From Gammaproteobacteria bacterium (GTDB lineage: Bacteria; Pseudomonadota; Gammaproteobacteria; CAKMZV01): 64,000 nt of DNA. Shown in pieces: positions 19,436 to 29,808 of this stretch. The stretch is taken from assembly GCA_965277625.1 (NCBI GenBank), contig OZ255827.1, positions 1,717,057 to 1,781,056 on the forward strand. The letters are read 5' to 3'. Position numbers and translations under genes: made by a program. Positions within the stretch are counted from its first letter, which is position 1. Each line of letters starts with the position of its first letter. The notes beneath the pieces were generated by a model. It saw only the letters and a list, made by a program, of their open reading frames with translations, searched no databases and was not told where the DNA came from.

Positions 19436-19663
19436 ATGACCAATATTGTTTTGACCGTTGATGCCTCAGGGTTGATGTGTCCCATGCCGACGCTGAGAGC
19501 GAAACAAGCCATGCTAAAACTCAACAAGGGAGAGCGTTTAAAACTGATCAGCACTGATCGCTCCTCTGTCCATGACATTCCTGTATTCTGTGCTCAAAAT
19601 GCTTTCAAATTGATTGAAGTGATTGAGCAATCTGATGCTTGGCTGTTTATTATTGAAAAATAA
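19436..19663 (+). CDS. TusA-family sulfurtransferase
   Basis: 75 aa with the conserved DASGLMCPMPTLRAK (CPxP) active-site motif. It lies 7 nt after the icd stop. Confidence 0.75.
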   Translation: MTNIVLTVDASGLMCPMPTLRAKQAMLKLNKGERLKLISTDRSSVHDIPVFCAQNAFKLIEVIEQSDAWLFIIEK

Positions 19664-19794
19664 TCCCCAGCGAAGAGGAAGATTTATATATAATTAAATC
19701 AATACTTTGTACGCTTTTATAAAAATTCACTTGAGAATTCAAGGATGCATCTATAATAGCAACGAAAAACAATCCTTTTCTCTATAGTGAACAA

Positions 19795-20196
19795 ATGACA
19801 CAGCCATCCATTGAAAATTTAGAGTTTATTTTCTTAGGCCAATCTTACAAAATACGATGCCCTCGTGAAAATCAAATGCTGCTTGAGATGGCCTCTGAGA
19901 AATTGCAAGATCAGCTAGACAAGCTTTCCAGTAAAAACACCCCTTATGAGAAACAAGCCATCATGGCTGGACTGTTGTTGGCTTTCGATTCATTGAAAAT
20001 GCAGAATGAAATCCGCGCCACGCTGCAGGAACTTCAAGCATTAAAAAAAGAATTATTAAGTCTTAATTTAAATCACACAGAAACCAGTGATCAGAATCCT
20101 GACGATTCTAACAACGCCTCAGTGGCTGAATCTATGCCACTGTCAGAAATCGAGTCAACCGATTTGCCTGAATACCAAATTAATGCGGATAAATAA
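19795..20196 (+). CDS. zapA: Cell division protein ZapA with an acidic C-terminal extension
   Basis: FIFLGQSYKIRCPRENQMLLEMASEKLQDQLDKL follows the ZapA pattern. At 133 aa it is longer than the roughly 105 aa typical, because of a D/E/S/N-rich tail. Confidence 0.7.
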   Translation: MTQPSIENLEFIFLGQSYKIRCPRENQMLLEMASEKLQDQLDKLSSKNTPYEKQAIMAGLLLAFDSLKMQNEIRATLQELQALKKELLSLNLNHTETSDQNPDDSNNASVAESMPLSEIESTDLPEYQINADK

Positions 20197-20374
20197 GCAC
20201 AATCACCATCTGAAATATTGAGTTGTTTCCCCGCCCCAATCACTGCTAAAAACAATAAATTACGTTACAATTTACCGATTCTTTAAGTCGCTTAAAGGCT
20301 TATAAATATGATCATTGGCGTTTCATTGCAAGCGCTTCCAATGCAATTTAACCCTTTTTAACCCACCTCAACCT

Positions 20375-21583
20375 ATGAATGCTTCAATAAAAAAAATTGT
20401 TCTCGCCTACTCTGGCGGACTCGATACTTCAGTGATTGCCAAATGGCTTCAACAAACCTACAACGCCGAAGTGGTCACTTTCACCGCTGATATAGGTCAA
20501 GGCGAGGAAATTGAACCGGCGCGATTAAAGGCCCAAGCCTTGGGTATAGAGCAAATTTACATTGAAAACTTATGTGAGGAATTCGCAAAAGACTATATTT
20601 TCCCTATGTTTCGATGCAATGCCCTGTACGAAGGTGAATATTTATTAGGCACTTCCATTGCTCGTCCATTGATCGCTAAAAGACTCATTGAAATTGCGCA
20701 AGAGGTGGGCGCAGATGCCATTGCACATGGGGCAACTGGCAAAGGCAATGATCAAGTTCGATTTGAATTGAGTGCCTATGCTTTGATGCCCAATATCCAC
20801 ATCATTGCGCCGTGGAGAGAATGGGATCTCAATTCTCGTGAAAAGCTATTGGAATATGCGGCCAAGTGGGACATAAAGATTGAAACCAAGCCACAACAAA
20901 AATCACCTTACTCAATGGATGCCAATCTCCTACACATATCTTATGAAGGGGGCGTCTTAGAAGACCCATGGACAGAGCCAGAAGAGGATATGTGGTTGTG
21001 GACAACTGCACCCACCGATGCACCACAAACTGGAGAAGCATTAACCATTTCTTTTGAACAAGGTGACCCTTGTGCCGTAAATGGGCAAGCTTTATCCCCC
21101 GCAACTTTGATGCTTGAATTAAATAAGATTGCTGGCAGAAATGGCATCGGACGAACAGACATTGTTGAAAATCGATTTGTTGGCATGAAATCACGCGGTT
21201 GCTATGAAACGCCAGCGGGCACCGTTTTATTACGAGCGCATCGTGCGATGGAATCGATTACCCTCGACCGTGAAGCTGGACACATCAAAGACAGCATCAT
21301 GCCAAAGTATGCAGAACTTATTTATAACGGTTTTTGGTTCAGCCCAGAACGTCAAGCGCTCCAAGCCTTAATCGATGATACTCAACAAAAAGTATCTGGT
21401 GACGTCAAGCTGTTCCTTTACAAAGGCAATGTGACCGTATTGGGCAGACGCTCCAAGCACTCTCTCTTTGATGAGAATATCGCCACTTTTGAAGACGATG
21501 GCGGCGCCTATAATCAACAAGATGCTGAAGGTTTTATAAAATTGAATGCCCTACGTTTGAAAAATATTAAAAATCAATCCTAA
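20375..21583 (+). CDS. argG: Argininosuccinate synthase
   Basis: Track ORF 20315..21583. The homologous N-terminus starts at ATG 20375 ([19 protein letters not shown]). Other blocks are [13 protein letters not shown] and [18 protein letters not shown]. Confidence 0.9.
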   Translation: MNASIKKIVLAYSGGLDTSVIAKWLQQTYNAEVVTFTADIGQGEEIEPARLKAQALGIEQIYIENLCEEFAKDYIFPMFRCNALYEGEYLLGTSIARPLIAKRLIEIAQEVGADAIAHGATGKGNDQVRFELSAYALMPNIHIIAPWREWDLNSREKLLEYAAKWDIKIETKPQQKSPYSMDANLLHISYEGGVLEDPWTEPEEDMWLWTTAPTDAPQTGEALTISFEQGDPCAVNGQALSPATLMLELNKIAGRNGIGRTDIVENRFVGMKSRGCYETPAGTVLLRAHRAMESITLDREAGHIKDSIMPKYAELIYNGFWFSPERQALQALIDDTQQKVSGDVKLFLYKGNVTVLGRRSKHSLFDENIATFEDDGGAYNQQDAEGFIKLNALRLKNIKNQS

Positions 21584-21584
21584 T

Positions 21585-22061
21585 ATGCAATGCCGACCCA
21601 ACCGCTGGTATCACTGGATAGCCTGTGGATTTGGTAGTGGACTATCGCCGATTGCACCAGGAACGGCTGGCAGCATCGCCGCTTTGGTTATTTGGTGGCT
21701 TGTGCTACGCGATCTCTCATTTTTGGTCATGGGCAGCATTTGTGTCGTGGGTTTATTTTTGGGCGTCTATCTTTGCAAAACCACGGCCAAAGATTGGCAA
21801 ACGGCTGACCCATCAGCCATAGTCTGGGATGAATTTATTGGTCTATGGGTTGCACTACTGCCCTTGCAAATGAGCACGGGTATCCTTGGTCCAGCCATGG
21901 CTTTTATACTATTCAGAGTATTCGACATTAGCAAGCCTTCAATCATCAAAAAATCTGAAACTCAGCTCCCGCCAGGCTGGGACATCATGATGGATGACGT
22001 ACTCTCTGGTATCATTTCTGCCATAATTTTAGTACTGGCGATTTTGGTTTTTAACCAATGA
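21585..22061 (+). CDS. pgpA: Phosphatidylglycerophosphatase A
   Basis: 158 aa with GFGSGLSPIAPGTAGS, IVWDEFIG and FRVFDISKP blocks. Confidence 0.8.
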   Translation: MQCRPNRWYHWIACGFGSGLSPIAPGTAGSIAALVIWWLVLRDLSFLVMGSICVVGLFLGVYLCKTTAKDWQTADPSAIVWDEFIGLWVALLPLQMSTGILGPAMAFILFRVFDISKPSIIKKSETQLPPGWDIMMDDVLSGIISAIILVLAILVFNQ

Positions 22062-22100
22062 CACCTTATAATCATCCATAACATAATTGCAAGGAAACAT

Positions 22101-22391
22101 ATGAAAATTAATTATCAAGAAGCAAAAAAACTCATCGATGAAGAGCAAGCCCAATTTGTTGATGTCCGAACCCCTGAAGAATTTAAAGAACTGGGCATTG
22201 CAGGCTCAATCAATATGCCTTTACAAGTTTTACCCGATGATCATGATCAGCATCTGGATCAAGACAAAACCAGACCTGTCATTCTATTTTGTCGCTCGGG
22301 TGTGCGCTCAAATGACGCGCTGAACATTTTAAAAGATTTGGGATATACGCGTTTATACGACATGGGCAGTTATTTAGAATGGCAAGGATAG
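22101..22391 (+). CDS. Single-domain rhodanese-like sulfurtransferase
   Basis: 96 aa with the active-site loop FCRSGVRS (CRxGxR). Confidence 0.75.
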   Translation: MKINYQEAKKLIDEEQAQFVDVRTPEEFKELGIAGSINMPLQVLPDDHDQHLDQDKTRPVILFCRSGVRSNDALNILKDLGYTRLYDMGSYLEWQG

Positions 22392-23833
22392 GAGCCCGAT
22401 GGCGTCTTTGGGTCTTATTGACGTTCCTATTAATAGGCCATCCGCCTGTGATGACCGCTCAAATCCAGTCTCATGGTCTTGAGCACGAGCACTTTGAATT
22501 AAACCAAAGTACAAGCTCCCCTGAGCTCAATTCAAACACCTTACCAAATCTTGGGAATCCTGAACGTATCTCTTTCAGCCGACGCGATGAAATGATTGCC
22601 GGATTCACATTCTTACGACAAATATTCTCCGTTTTACACATTCTTGATGATCCCATCATTAACCAATACATCAGTGATCTGGGTTCACAAATCACCAATG
22701 TTAGTCAACACAATGAGCGTCAGTTCAGGTTTTTTCTAATCTATAACAATACCATCAATGCATTTGCAGGCCCCGATGGTCACATTGGCATTCATACTGG
22801 GCTGATCCTCAAAACAAAATCAGAAGAAGAATTGATTTCGGTTATCGCTCATGAGGTGGCGCACGTCACCCAAAACCACTTAGCTCGGACCATAAAGAAT
22901 GCCAATGAAAGCCAGACATCTTCGATGTTAGCAGGTCTGGCCATCGTGCTGGCTGGTATTTATTCTGACAATTCACAAGTGGCTGGTGCTGGCCTATATA
23001 CCAGCATTGCTCGCCAGCATCAATCATTTTTGGCCAACTCTCGAACATTTGAAAACGAAGCAGACGCCATTGGTCAAAAATATTTACAACGCGCTCAATA
23101 CTCCACTTTGGCTATGCCCATTTTTTTTTCAAGGCTCAGCGAGTTAGAGGGGCAATCAGGCATTCCTGAGTATCTTAAAACCCATCCACTGAGTCTCACA
23201 AGACTCAGCAATGCGCTATCCAGAGCCAACTTAGTGGCGCAACCTGAGCCTAAAGAATCTTTAACTTTTCAATTGATCCAAGCACGAGTGGCTTACCTAA
23301 CAGGCATTCCTTTGGATCAAACCCACCGAAAAATAGCGCATGAATATTACCAAGCGCTTCAATGGCAATCTAAAAATAATCCCAAACTGGATCCGTGGTT
23401 AGAGCCTAACAAAGATAAGCATTTGTATTTTAAATTGCTCTATATTAATCGAAATCTTTCTGCTAACAAAGTATTGGCACGTCAGGCATTTAATGAAGTG
23501 AAGGTTGACAATCCTCGTCACTTAGCCGTTCAGAAATTGATGTTGGATTTTGAAAACGATGATACAGAAAAACTGGTCGTAGAACTCAAACAGCTAGCGA
23601 CCGTTTCAGCACAACCGCATTTGACCTATGAATGGATTGCAAAGCTTTATGCACAGAAAGATAATAGAACGGCTAATTTATTTTATAAAGCCTTGTCAAT
23701 TGAAAACAAAGGCTTAATTAGAAATGCCCTAACTTTGCTCGAATTAGCGAGAAAATCGACTGAGAAACAATCAGAGAAAGACAATATTCAACATGAAATT
23801 GATCGCCTGACTCAGATAGCCGCTGATTTATGA
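22379..23833 (+). CDS. bepA: Periplasmic M48 metalloprotease with TPR C-terminus (BepA/YfgC-like)
   Basis: 484 aa with an N-terminal signal-like segment, the HEXXH motif (VIAHEVAHVTQNH), a downstream ENEADAIG and a helical repeat C-terminus. Confidence 0.65.
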   Translation: MARIGARWRLWVLLTFLLIGHPPVMTAQIQSHGLEHEHFELNQSTSSPELNSNTLPNLGNPERISFSRRDEMIAGFTFLRQIFSVLHILDDPIINQYISDLGSQITNVSQHNERQFRFFLIYNNTINAFAGPDGHIGIHTGLILKTKSEEELISVIAHEVAHVTQNHLARTIKNANESQTSSMLAGLAIVLAGIYSDNSQVAGAGLYTSIARQHQSFLANSRTFENEADAIGQKYLQRAQYSTLAMPIFFSRLSELEGQSGIPEYLKTHPLSLTRLSNALSRANLVAQPEPKESLTFQLIQARVAYLTGIPLDQTHRKIAHEYYQALQWQSKNNPKLDPWLEPNKDKHLYFKLLYINRNLSANKVLARQAFNEVKVDNPRHLAVQKLMLDFENDDTEKLVVELKQLATVSAQPHLTYEWIAKLYAQKDNRTANLFYKALSIENKGLIRNALTLLELARKSTEKQSEKDNIQHEIDRLTQIAADL

Positions 23834-23861
23834 TTGGTCAGCCTCTGACAATTTAAAGACT

Positions 23862-24611
23862 TCAAGCATCTTCTGAGGATTCTTTTTCAGTCTTAAGTTT
23901 TTGCAAATTGGGCAATTCACCAAGATCTATGAGTGGCAACTTGTTATCTTTTAATATTTGATTGAATTCAACCAGTTTTTCATCAATCAATTTTAAATGA
24001 TCAACCATCGCAGAAAAAGCTTCTGCTTGAGGATCTGGTGTGTCCATACTGATTCCGTAAGCTTCAAAACCAGATTGCTTAACCAAATCTTTCTTGGCGC
24101 TCACCAGCCGTCCAGGCACCCCAATAACCGTGACATTGTCTGGTACAGGTTTAACGACCACGGCGTTTGATCCCACGCGCGCGTTTTCACCAATTTCAAT
24201 GGGTCCCAATATTTTTGCACCAGCACCCACAATAACACCATTGTGTAAGGTGGGATGGCGTTTACCTTCACTCCAACTGGTGCCACCCAAAGTCACGCCT
24301 TGATAAATGGTACACTCATCACCCACTTCTGTGGTCTCTCCAATCACAATGCCCATGCCATGATCGATAAAAAAATGTTTGCCTATCTTTGCCCCAGGGT
24401 GAATTTCAATGCCGGTCCACCAGCGCGCGAATCCAGAAAGCCAGCGCGCCATATATTTAACACCCATGTTCCAAAGCCGATGATTGAGCCTATAAAAAAT
24501 CATGGCATGAACGCCTGGATAGGTCGTAATGACCTCGAACACATTGCGAGCGGCAGGGTCGCGCTCAAAAACACATAGAACGTCTGCCTTCCATTCTTGA
24601 AAAATATTCAT
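23862..24611 (-). CDS. cysE: Serine O-acetyltransferase
   Basis: 249 aa with hexapeptide repeats ([44 protein letters not shown]) and the SATase N-terminal domain. Confidence 0.85.
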   Translation of the reverse strand: MNIFQEWKADVLCVFERDPAARNVFEVITTYPGVHAMIFYRLNHRLWNMGVKYMARWLSGFARWWTGIEIHPGAKIGKHFFIDHGMGIVIGETTEVGDECTIYQGVTLGGTSWSEGKRHPTLHNGVIVGAGAKILGPIEIGENARVGSNAVVVKPVPDNVTVIGVPGRLVSAKKDLVKQSGFEAYGISMDTPDPQAEAFSAMVDHLKLIDEKLVEFNQILKDNKLPLIDLGELPNLQKLKTEKESSEDA

Positions 24612-25141
24612 AAGTTTTGGGCGTTGTACCGCTCGATACCCGACTCTATTTCAGCATGAGCCGCCTTAACATCAGCCCAACCATCAATGTTAACCCACTT
24701 GCCCGGTTCTAATTCTTTGTAATGTTTGAAAAAATGCTCAATTTGTTCTTTGATGAGTGGTATGTCTTCAACTTTCTCAACATGATTATAGAGTGGCGTC
24801 AATTTTTTAACGGGCACTGCAACCACTTTGGCATCATTGCCACCATCGTCGCTCATCATCAAAACCCCTATTGGACGGGCTTTAATGATAGAACCAATCA
24901 TCAGTGGATAAGGCGCTATAACCAAAACATCCACAGGATCGCCATCTTCGGCCAAAGTATTGTTCAAATAACCATAATTTGCTGGATAAAACATGGGCGA
25001 CGACATGAATCGATCAACCCAAACACTGTTGGTCTCTTTATCCACTTCATATTTTATGGGTGACGCATTGGCTGGGATTTCAATAATCACATTGACATTG
25101 GATGGAATATCACTGCCCACACTGATTGCATTTAAGCTCAT
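24608..25141 (-). CDS. ppa: Inorganic pyrophosphatase (family I)
   Basis: 177 aa with [40 protein letters not shown] and DAKVVAV blocks. Its stop overlaps the cysE start (ATGA). Confidence 0.9.
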   Translation of the reverse strand: MSLNAISVGSDIPSNVNVIIEIPANASPIKYEVDKETNSVWVDRFMSSPMFYPANYGYLNNTLAEDGDPVDVLVIAPYPLMIGSIIKARPIGVLMMSDDGGNDAKVVAVPVKKLTPLYNHVEKVEDIPLIKEQIEHFFKHYKELEPGKWVNIDGWADVKAAHAEIESGIERYNAQNL

Positions 25142-25603
25142 AGATGACTCGTTTATTAGAAATTAAAGGTAAACAGCAAATTGCTTATTTAAGATATTCC
25201 CGTATATATCATTTAAAAATATTTAAACAAAAAACAATTTGTGCATTCAGGTTTGGATTATACCAAACTGGCACGCCCTTGATTCATGAGCTTAATGTCA
25301 AAATTCTCTAAATAATATCAACCGCATCATCCGTCAAAGCGGACGTTTTAGCACATATGGGCATAGATTTTGATGCGGTGTTGACGGTTTCAAATTGGTT
25401 GCAGGCCATGCCTTTATTCAATAAATATTCATCAATAATCACATTAAATAATCCACAACCAAATAAGTTTATTTCTATCAAAAGTCATTTTTTACAGATT
25501 ATTTTTGATTTTTTAGCTAAAATACCCGACAGATTGAACTTTAAGGTTACAAATTTGCCTTAAAAGTTTTATAAATTTTAATATTCTAAAGGAGTTACGT
25601 ATC

Positions 25604-26671
25604 ATGAAAAAATGGTCTACATTACTTTATTCTCTGGTCGCCCTCGCAGTGGTCGCAGGATGTTCTCAACAAGCCCCTGAACAAATGGCGGCACCAGAAG
25701 CCCCGATGGTTGAAGAAACAAAATCAACATTAGCGACAGTTCAAGAAAAAGGCTTTGTTCAATGCGGTATTAATACTGGATTGACAGGCTTCGCAACTGC
25801 AGGTGACAACGGTCAATGGAATGGCTTAGATGTTCAATATTGTCAAGCCGTTGCAGCAGCCATTTTTGGTGATGCCAGCAAAGTTAAATTTACGCAATTG
25901 ACTGCCAAGGAACGTTTTACAGCACTTTCATCTGGCGAAATCGACTTGCTCAATCGCAATACAACATGGACAATGCTTCGTGATACACAATTGGGTATTA
26001 CATTTGCCGGTGTGAGTTATTATGATGGACAAGGATTCCTCGTTAAAAAAGCACTGAATGTGACCAATGCCAATCAACTTAATGGCGCAACATTCTGTAT
26101 TCAAGCAGGTACAACAACCGAGTTGAACTTGTCTGACTACTTCCGTTCTAATAACATGAAGTACACAGCTGTCACTTATGATACCTCTCAACAAACCAAA
26201 GATGGTTTTGATCAAGGTCGTTGTAATGTTTTGACTTCGGATCAATCTCAGTTAGCGGCACTACGTTCTCAATTGAGCGATCCTAACTCTGCGGTTGTAT
26301 TATCTCAAGTCATTTCAAAAGAACCCTTAGGACCTGTTGTTCGTCAAGGCGACGATCAGTGGTTAAAAATTGTTCGTTGGGTTCACTTCGCGCTTCTTAA
26401 TGCTGAAGAATTGGGTGTCACTCAAGGCAATGTTGAACAAATGAAAGGGTCTTCTAATCCAAATATTCGCCGTCTGCTTGGTCAAGAAGGTGACTTTGGT
26501 GTTAAATTGGGGCTTGATAATAATTGGGCCGCTAACGCTATCGCAGCTGTAGGCAACTACGGTGAAGTTTTCGATAGAAATGTTGGCAAAGATTCTCTTT
26601 TGAATCTTCCTCGTGGCATCAACAATCTTTGGACAAACGGTGGCGTTCAGTACGCAGCTCCCGTACGTTAA
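25604..26671 (+). CDS. aapJ: General L-amino acid ABC transporter substrate-binding protein (AapJ/BztA-like)
   Basis: 355 aa. AAGGAG lies upstream of ATG 25604. It has a lipoprotein/signal sequence (LVALAVVAGCSQ). Size and sequence fit the polar-amino-acid family, and a two-permease/one-ATPase set follows. Confidence 0.7.
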   Translation: MKKWSTLLYSLVALAVVAGCSQQAPEQMAAPEAPMVEETKSTLATVQEKGFVQCGINTGLTGFATAGDNGQWNGLDVQYCQAVAAAIFGDASKVKFTQLTAKERFTALSSGEIDLLNRNTTWTMLRDTQLGITFAGVSYYDGQGFLVKKALNVTNANQLNGATFCIQAGTTTELNLSDYFRSNNMKYTAVTYDTSQQTKDGFDQGRCNVLTSDQSQLAALRSQLSDPNSAVVLSQVISKEPLGPVVRQGDDQWLKIVRWVHFALLNAEELGVTQGNVEQMKGSSNPNIRRLLGQEGDFGVKLGLDNNWAANAIAAVGNYGEVFDRNVGKDSLLNLPRGINNLWTNGGVQYAAPVR

Positions 26672-26685
26672 AATATTTTGATTCA

Positions 26686-26713
26686 GTGCTGGGTCGATGA
26701 ATTGGCCCAGCAC
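26686..26713 (+). promoter_or_regulatory. Intercistronic stem-loop after the binding-protein gene
   Basis: GTGCTGGGTC (26686-26695) pairs with GGCCCAGCAC (26704-26713, one G-U pair). The loop is 8 nt and no T-run follows. Confidence 0.35.
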
Positions 26714-26721
26714 ACTTTCAG

Positions 26722-27894
26722 ATGTTCAATTCCATAAAATCATTTTTGAATAACGAGCGTGTCCGCGCGATACTGTCTCAAGTATTCTTAGTTGTTTTTG
26801 TTGCGCTTTCAGCTCTGTGGTTGTTTAACAACACCCTCAGTAATATGGAAGCAAGAGGCATTTCCGCTGGATTTGGCTTCTTAAGTTCTACCGCAGGCTT
26901 TGGCATCTTGTTCAGCCCCTTTACCGATTTCAATCCATCGGTTAGCACTTATTTAGATACTTTTTGGATCGGCATTGGCAATACTTTGCTGGTCACCGTC
27001 ATGGGGGTCATTTCTTCAACCCTTGTCGGACTTTTAGTTGGTATTTCAAGACTTTCTACCAACTGGCTGATCAGCCGACTTGCGCTGACTTACATTGAAG
27101 TCTTTAGAAACATCCCGCTTTTATTGCAAATCATGTTTTGGTACTTTGCTATATTGGTACCAACCTTACCGAATTTTGAAAATTCCATGCTGTTTTTGAA
27201 CGAATCAATCGTTCTTAACAGCTCAGGCATGTACTTCCCAGAACCCGTTAATCAAGGTGCTGGTCTATTTTGGATCATCGTTTTAGTCTTGATTGTTGCA
27301 TCAGCCTTATTTCATCGCCACACAGTTAAAAAACAAAAAGAAACGGGTGATCAAATTCCTTTCTGGAGAATCACAATCATTGCTTGGATTGTTGCCCTCG
27401 TGCTACTCAGCATGGTGCTACAACCTTATCAATTTGTTGATGCAGTTAAAAGTCGATTTGGTTATGAAGGGGGGTGGGTTATCATCCCTGAATTGGCCGC
27501 ATTATGGTTTGCATTAACCATTTACACCAGCGCCTTTATTGCGGAAATTGTTCGTGCGGGCATTGAGTCTGTCCCCAAAGGCCAAACTGAAGCGGCCAAA
27601 TCATTAGGTTTGAAGAACAGTTTAACGCTGAGAATGATTATTATTCCCCAAGCGCTTCGTTTGATCATACCACCTCAAACCAGCCAATACTTAAATTTGG
27701 CTAAAAATTCATCATTGGCAACAGCCATTGGCTACCCTGACTTAGTCGCCCTTTTTGCCGGCACTGTACTAAACCAGGTCGGCAGAGCTGTTGAAATCAT
27801 TTCAATGACCATGTTGGTCTATTTAACCATCAGCCTTTCAATTTCCATGCTGATGAATTGGTATAACAAAAAAATGGCTTTGATTGAAAGATGA
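26722..27894 (+). CDS. aapQ: Amino acid ABC transporter permease (AapQ/BztB-like)
   Basis: 390 aa multi-span protein with the His/Glu/Gln/Arg-type permease core (FIAEIVRAGIESVPKGQTEAAKSLGL). Confidence 0.75.
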   Translation: MFNSIKSFLNNERVRAILSQVFLVVFVALSALWLFNNTLSNMEARGISAGFGFLSSTAGFGILFSPFTDFNPSVSTYLDTFWIGIGNTLLVTVMGVISSTLVGLLVGISRLSTNWLISRLALTYIEVFRNIPLLLQIMFWYFAILVPTLPNFENSMLFLNESIVLNSSGMYFPEPVNQGAGLFWIIVLVLIVASALFHRHTVKKQKETGDQIPFWRITIIAWIVALVLLSMVLQPYQFVDAVKSRFGYEGGWVIIPELAALWFALTIYTSAFIAEIVRAGIESVPKGQTEAAKSLGLKNSLTLRMIIIPQALRLIIPPQTSQYLNLAKNSSLATAIGYPDLVALFAGTVLNQVGRAVEIISMTMLVYLTISLSISMLMNWYNKKMALIER

Positions 27895-28985
27895 TGAATT
27901 TATATCAATGGCAATCCTACATCATTCGCCAAACAGGCTGGTACGGCTGGGTATTGAAGAATTTATTTTCTTCACCGCTCAACGCACTCTTTTCAGTCCT
28001 GATCATAGGCTCAATACTCTATTATGTTCCGACACTATTAAATTGGTCCATTTTTAGTGCCAGCTGGACTGGTGACCACCCTTCAGATTGTAATCGTGAT
28101 GCAGCTTGTTGGGTCTTCGTTAAAGAACGAATTAATCTAATCATATTTGGTTTTTACCCACAAGAATCGTTGTGGCGTCCAATCTTAGTCTTTGTCTCAA
28201 CAGCTGTTTTCCTATTCGCCTATAAATTACCCATACCGCGAAAAGGCAAAATTGCACTGACTTTTTATCTTTTGATTCTACACCCCTTTGTCGGCGCGAC
28301 CTTTTTGTACGGATCAATGTTTGGCATCCAGTTTTTTGAAATTGTCGGGACGGATCAATGGGGCGGACTAATGTTGACATTAGTGCTTTCATCCGTTGGC
28401 ATTGTGGCTTCTATACCCTTAGGTATTTTATTGGCCTTAGGTCGTCGCTCAGAGAATATGCCTTTGGTTCGAACATTCTGTGTCATATTCATTGAATTCT
28501 GGCGCGGCGTTCCTCTAATCACCGTATTGTTTATGGCTTCTGTTATGTTGCCACTGTTCTTACCGCCTGGTTCAGATTTCACAAAATTATCAAGAGCGCT
28601 GATTGGCATTACCTTGTTTGAAGCCGCATACATGGCTGAGGTGATTCGCGGCGGTCTTCAATCCATTCCCAAAGGTCAATATGAAGCTTGTGATGCCTTA
28701 GGACTGGGATATTGGAAAAAGATGGGTCTGGTCATTTTGCCCCAGGCATTGAAACTCGTTATACCTGGCATGGTCAACACCTGTATTGCGCTCTTTAAAG
28801 ACACTTCCTTAGTTTCAATCATTGGCTTATGGGATTTACTCAACGCCGCTTATAACGCAACACGCGATCCTCTGTGGTTGCAATACACCATAGAAGGCTT
28901 TGTCTTTACTGCCTTAGTTTACTTCTTATTCTGCTTTGGCATGTCTCAGTACAGTCAGGCCTTAGAACGCAGACTTAAAACTTAA
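27891..28985 (+). CDS. aapM: Amino acid ABC transporter permease (AapM/BztC-like)
   Basis: 364 aa with an ATGA overlap with aapQ. It has the motif YMAEVIRGGLQSIPKGQYEACDALGL. Confidence 0.75.
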   Translation: MMNLYQWQSYIIRQTGWYGWVLKNLFSSPLNALFSVLIIGSILYYVPTLLNWSIFSASWTGDHPSDCNRDAACWVFVKERINLIIFGFYPQESLWRPILVFVSTAVFLFAYKLPIPRKGKIALTFYLLILHPFVGATFLYGSMFGIQFFEIVGTDQWGGLMLTLVLSSVGIVASIPLGILLALGRRSENMPLVRTFCVIFIEFWRGVPLITVLFMASVMLPLFLPPGSDFTKLSRALIGITLFEAAYMAEVIRGGLQSIPKGQYEACDALGLGYWKKMGLVILPQALKLVIPGMVNTCIALFKDTSLVSIIGLWDLLNAAYNATRDPLWLQYTIEGFVFTALVYFLFCFGMSQYSQALERRLKT

Positions 28986-29006
28986 CGACACCACTCAGGT
29001 TTAATT

Positions 29007-29753
29007 ATGGAAACAAAACAGTCAATCATCACTCTGAGAAATATGAACAAATGGTACGGAGAGTTCCATGTACTAAAAGACGTCAATTTAGAAGTCTTTA
29101 AAGGCGAAAAAATCGTCATTTGTGGACCTTCAGGCTCAGGAAAATCAACGCTCATACGCTGTATTAACCGCTTGGAAACCCACCAAGAAGGTAATATTAT
29201 TGTCTATGATAGAGAATTAACCGAAGACGTTAAGTCCATTGAACACGTCCGTCGCCATGTCGGCATGGTATTTCAATCATTCAACCTGTTCCCGCATTTA
29301 ACGGTCATGCAGAACCTGATACTCGCACCACAATGGGTCCTTAAAATACCCGAAGAAGAAGCGAGAGAAACCGCAATAAAGTATCTTAAACGGGTTCAAA
29401 TTTCCGAACAATCAGACAAATATCCAAATCAACTATCTGGCGGACAGCAACAACGTGTTGCCATTGCCCGATCACTTTGTATGGATCCAGACATTATGCT
29501 TTTTGATGAACCAACGTCTGCTTTAGACCCAGAAATCATTAATGAAGTGCTCGACGTCATGGTCGAATTGGCTGAAGGTGGCATGACCATGCTTGTTGTG
29601 ACCCATGAAATGGGCTTTGCCCGCAAAGTGGCAGACTGTGTCATATTTATGGATGCTGGAGAAATCGTTGAACGTGCCTCACCTGAACAATTCTTCACTG
29701 CACCTGAAAGTCCAAGAACTCAGAAGTTTTTACAACAAATCATTACTCATTAA
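29007..29753 (+). CDS. aapP: Amino acid ABC transporter ATP-binding protein
   Basis: 248 aa with Walker [10 protein letters not shown], the signature [13 protein letters not shown] and Walker [13 protein letters not shown]. Confidence 0.85.
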   Translation: METKQSIITLRNMNKWYGEFHVLKDVNLEVFKGEKIVICGPSGSGKSTLIRCINRLETHQEGNIIVYDRELTEDVKSIEHVRRHVGMVFQSFNLFPHLTVMQNLILAPQWVLKIPEEEARETAIKYLKRVQISEQSDKYPNQLSGGQQQRVAIARSLCMDPDIMLFDEPTSALDPEIINEVLDVMVELAEGGMTMLVVTHEMGFARKVADCVIFMDAGEIVERASPEQFFTAPESPRTQKFLQQIITH

Positions 29754-29808
29754 GACGCCACACGCGTTCTAATACGGCGTGCTTTTATAGCAACAGCTGT
29801 TGTACGCC

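Noticed and set aside
20197-20374. 6S RNA (ssrS), which commonly follows zapA in gammaproteobacteria.
   Set aside because: Only 178 nt are available, and they must also hold the argG promoter. I could not find the long closing stem or central-bubble arrangement by eye. This is not supportable without a covariance-model scan.
25357-25563. 68-aa ORF in the long ppa/aapJ spacer.
   Set aside because: It is an AT-rich ORF with no RBS and an implausible composition (Ile/Asn/Phe/Lys-rich). It more likely reflects the base composition of a regulatory leader.
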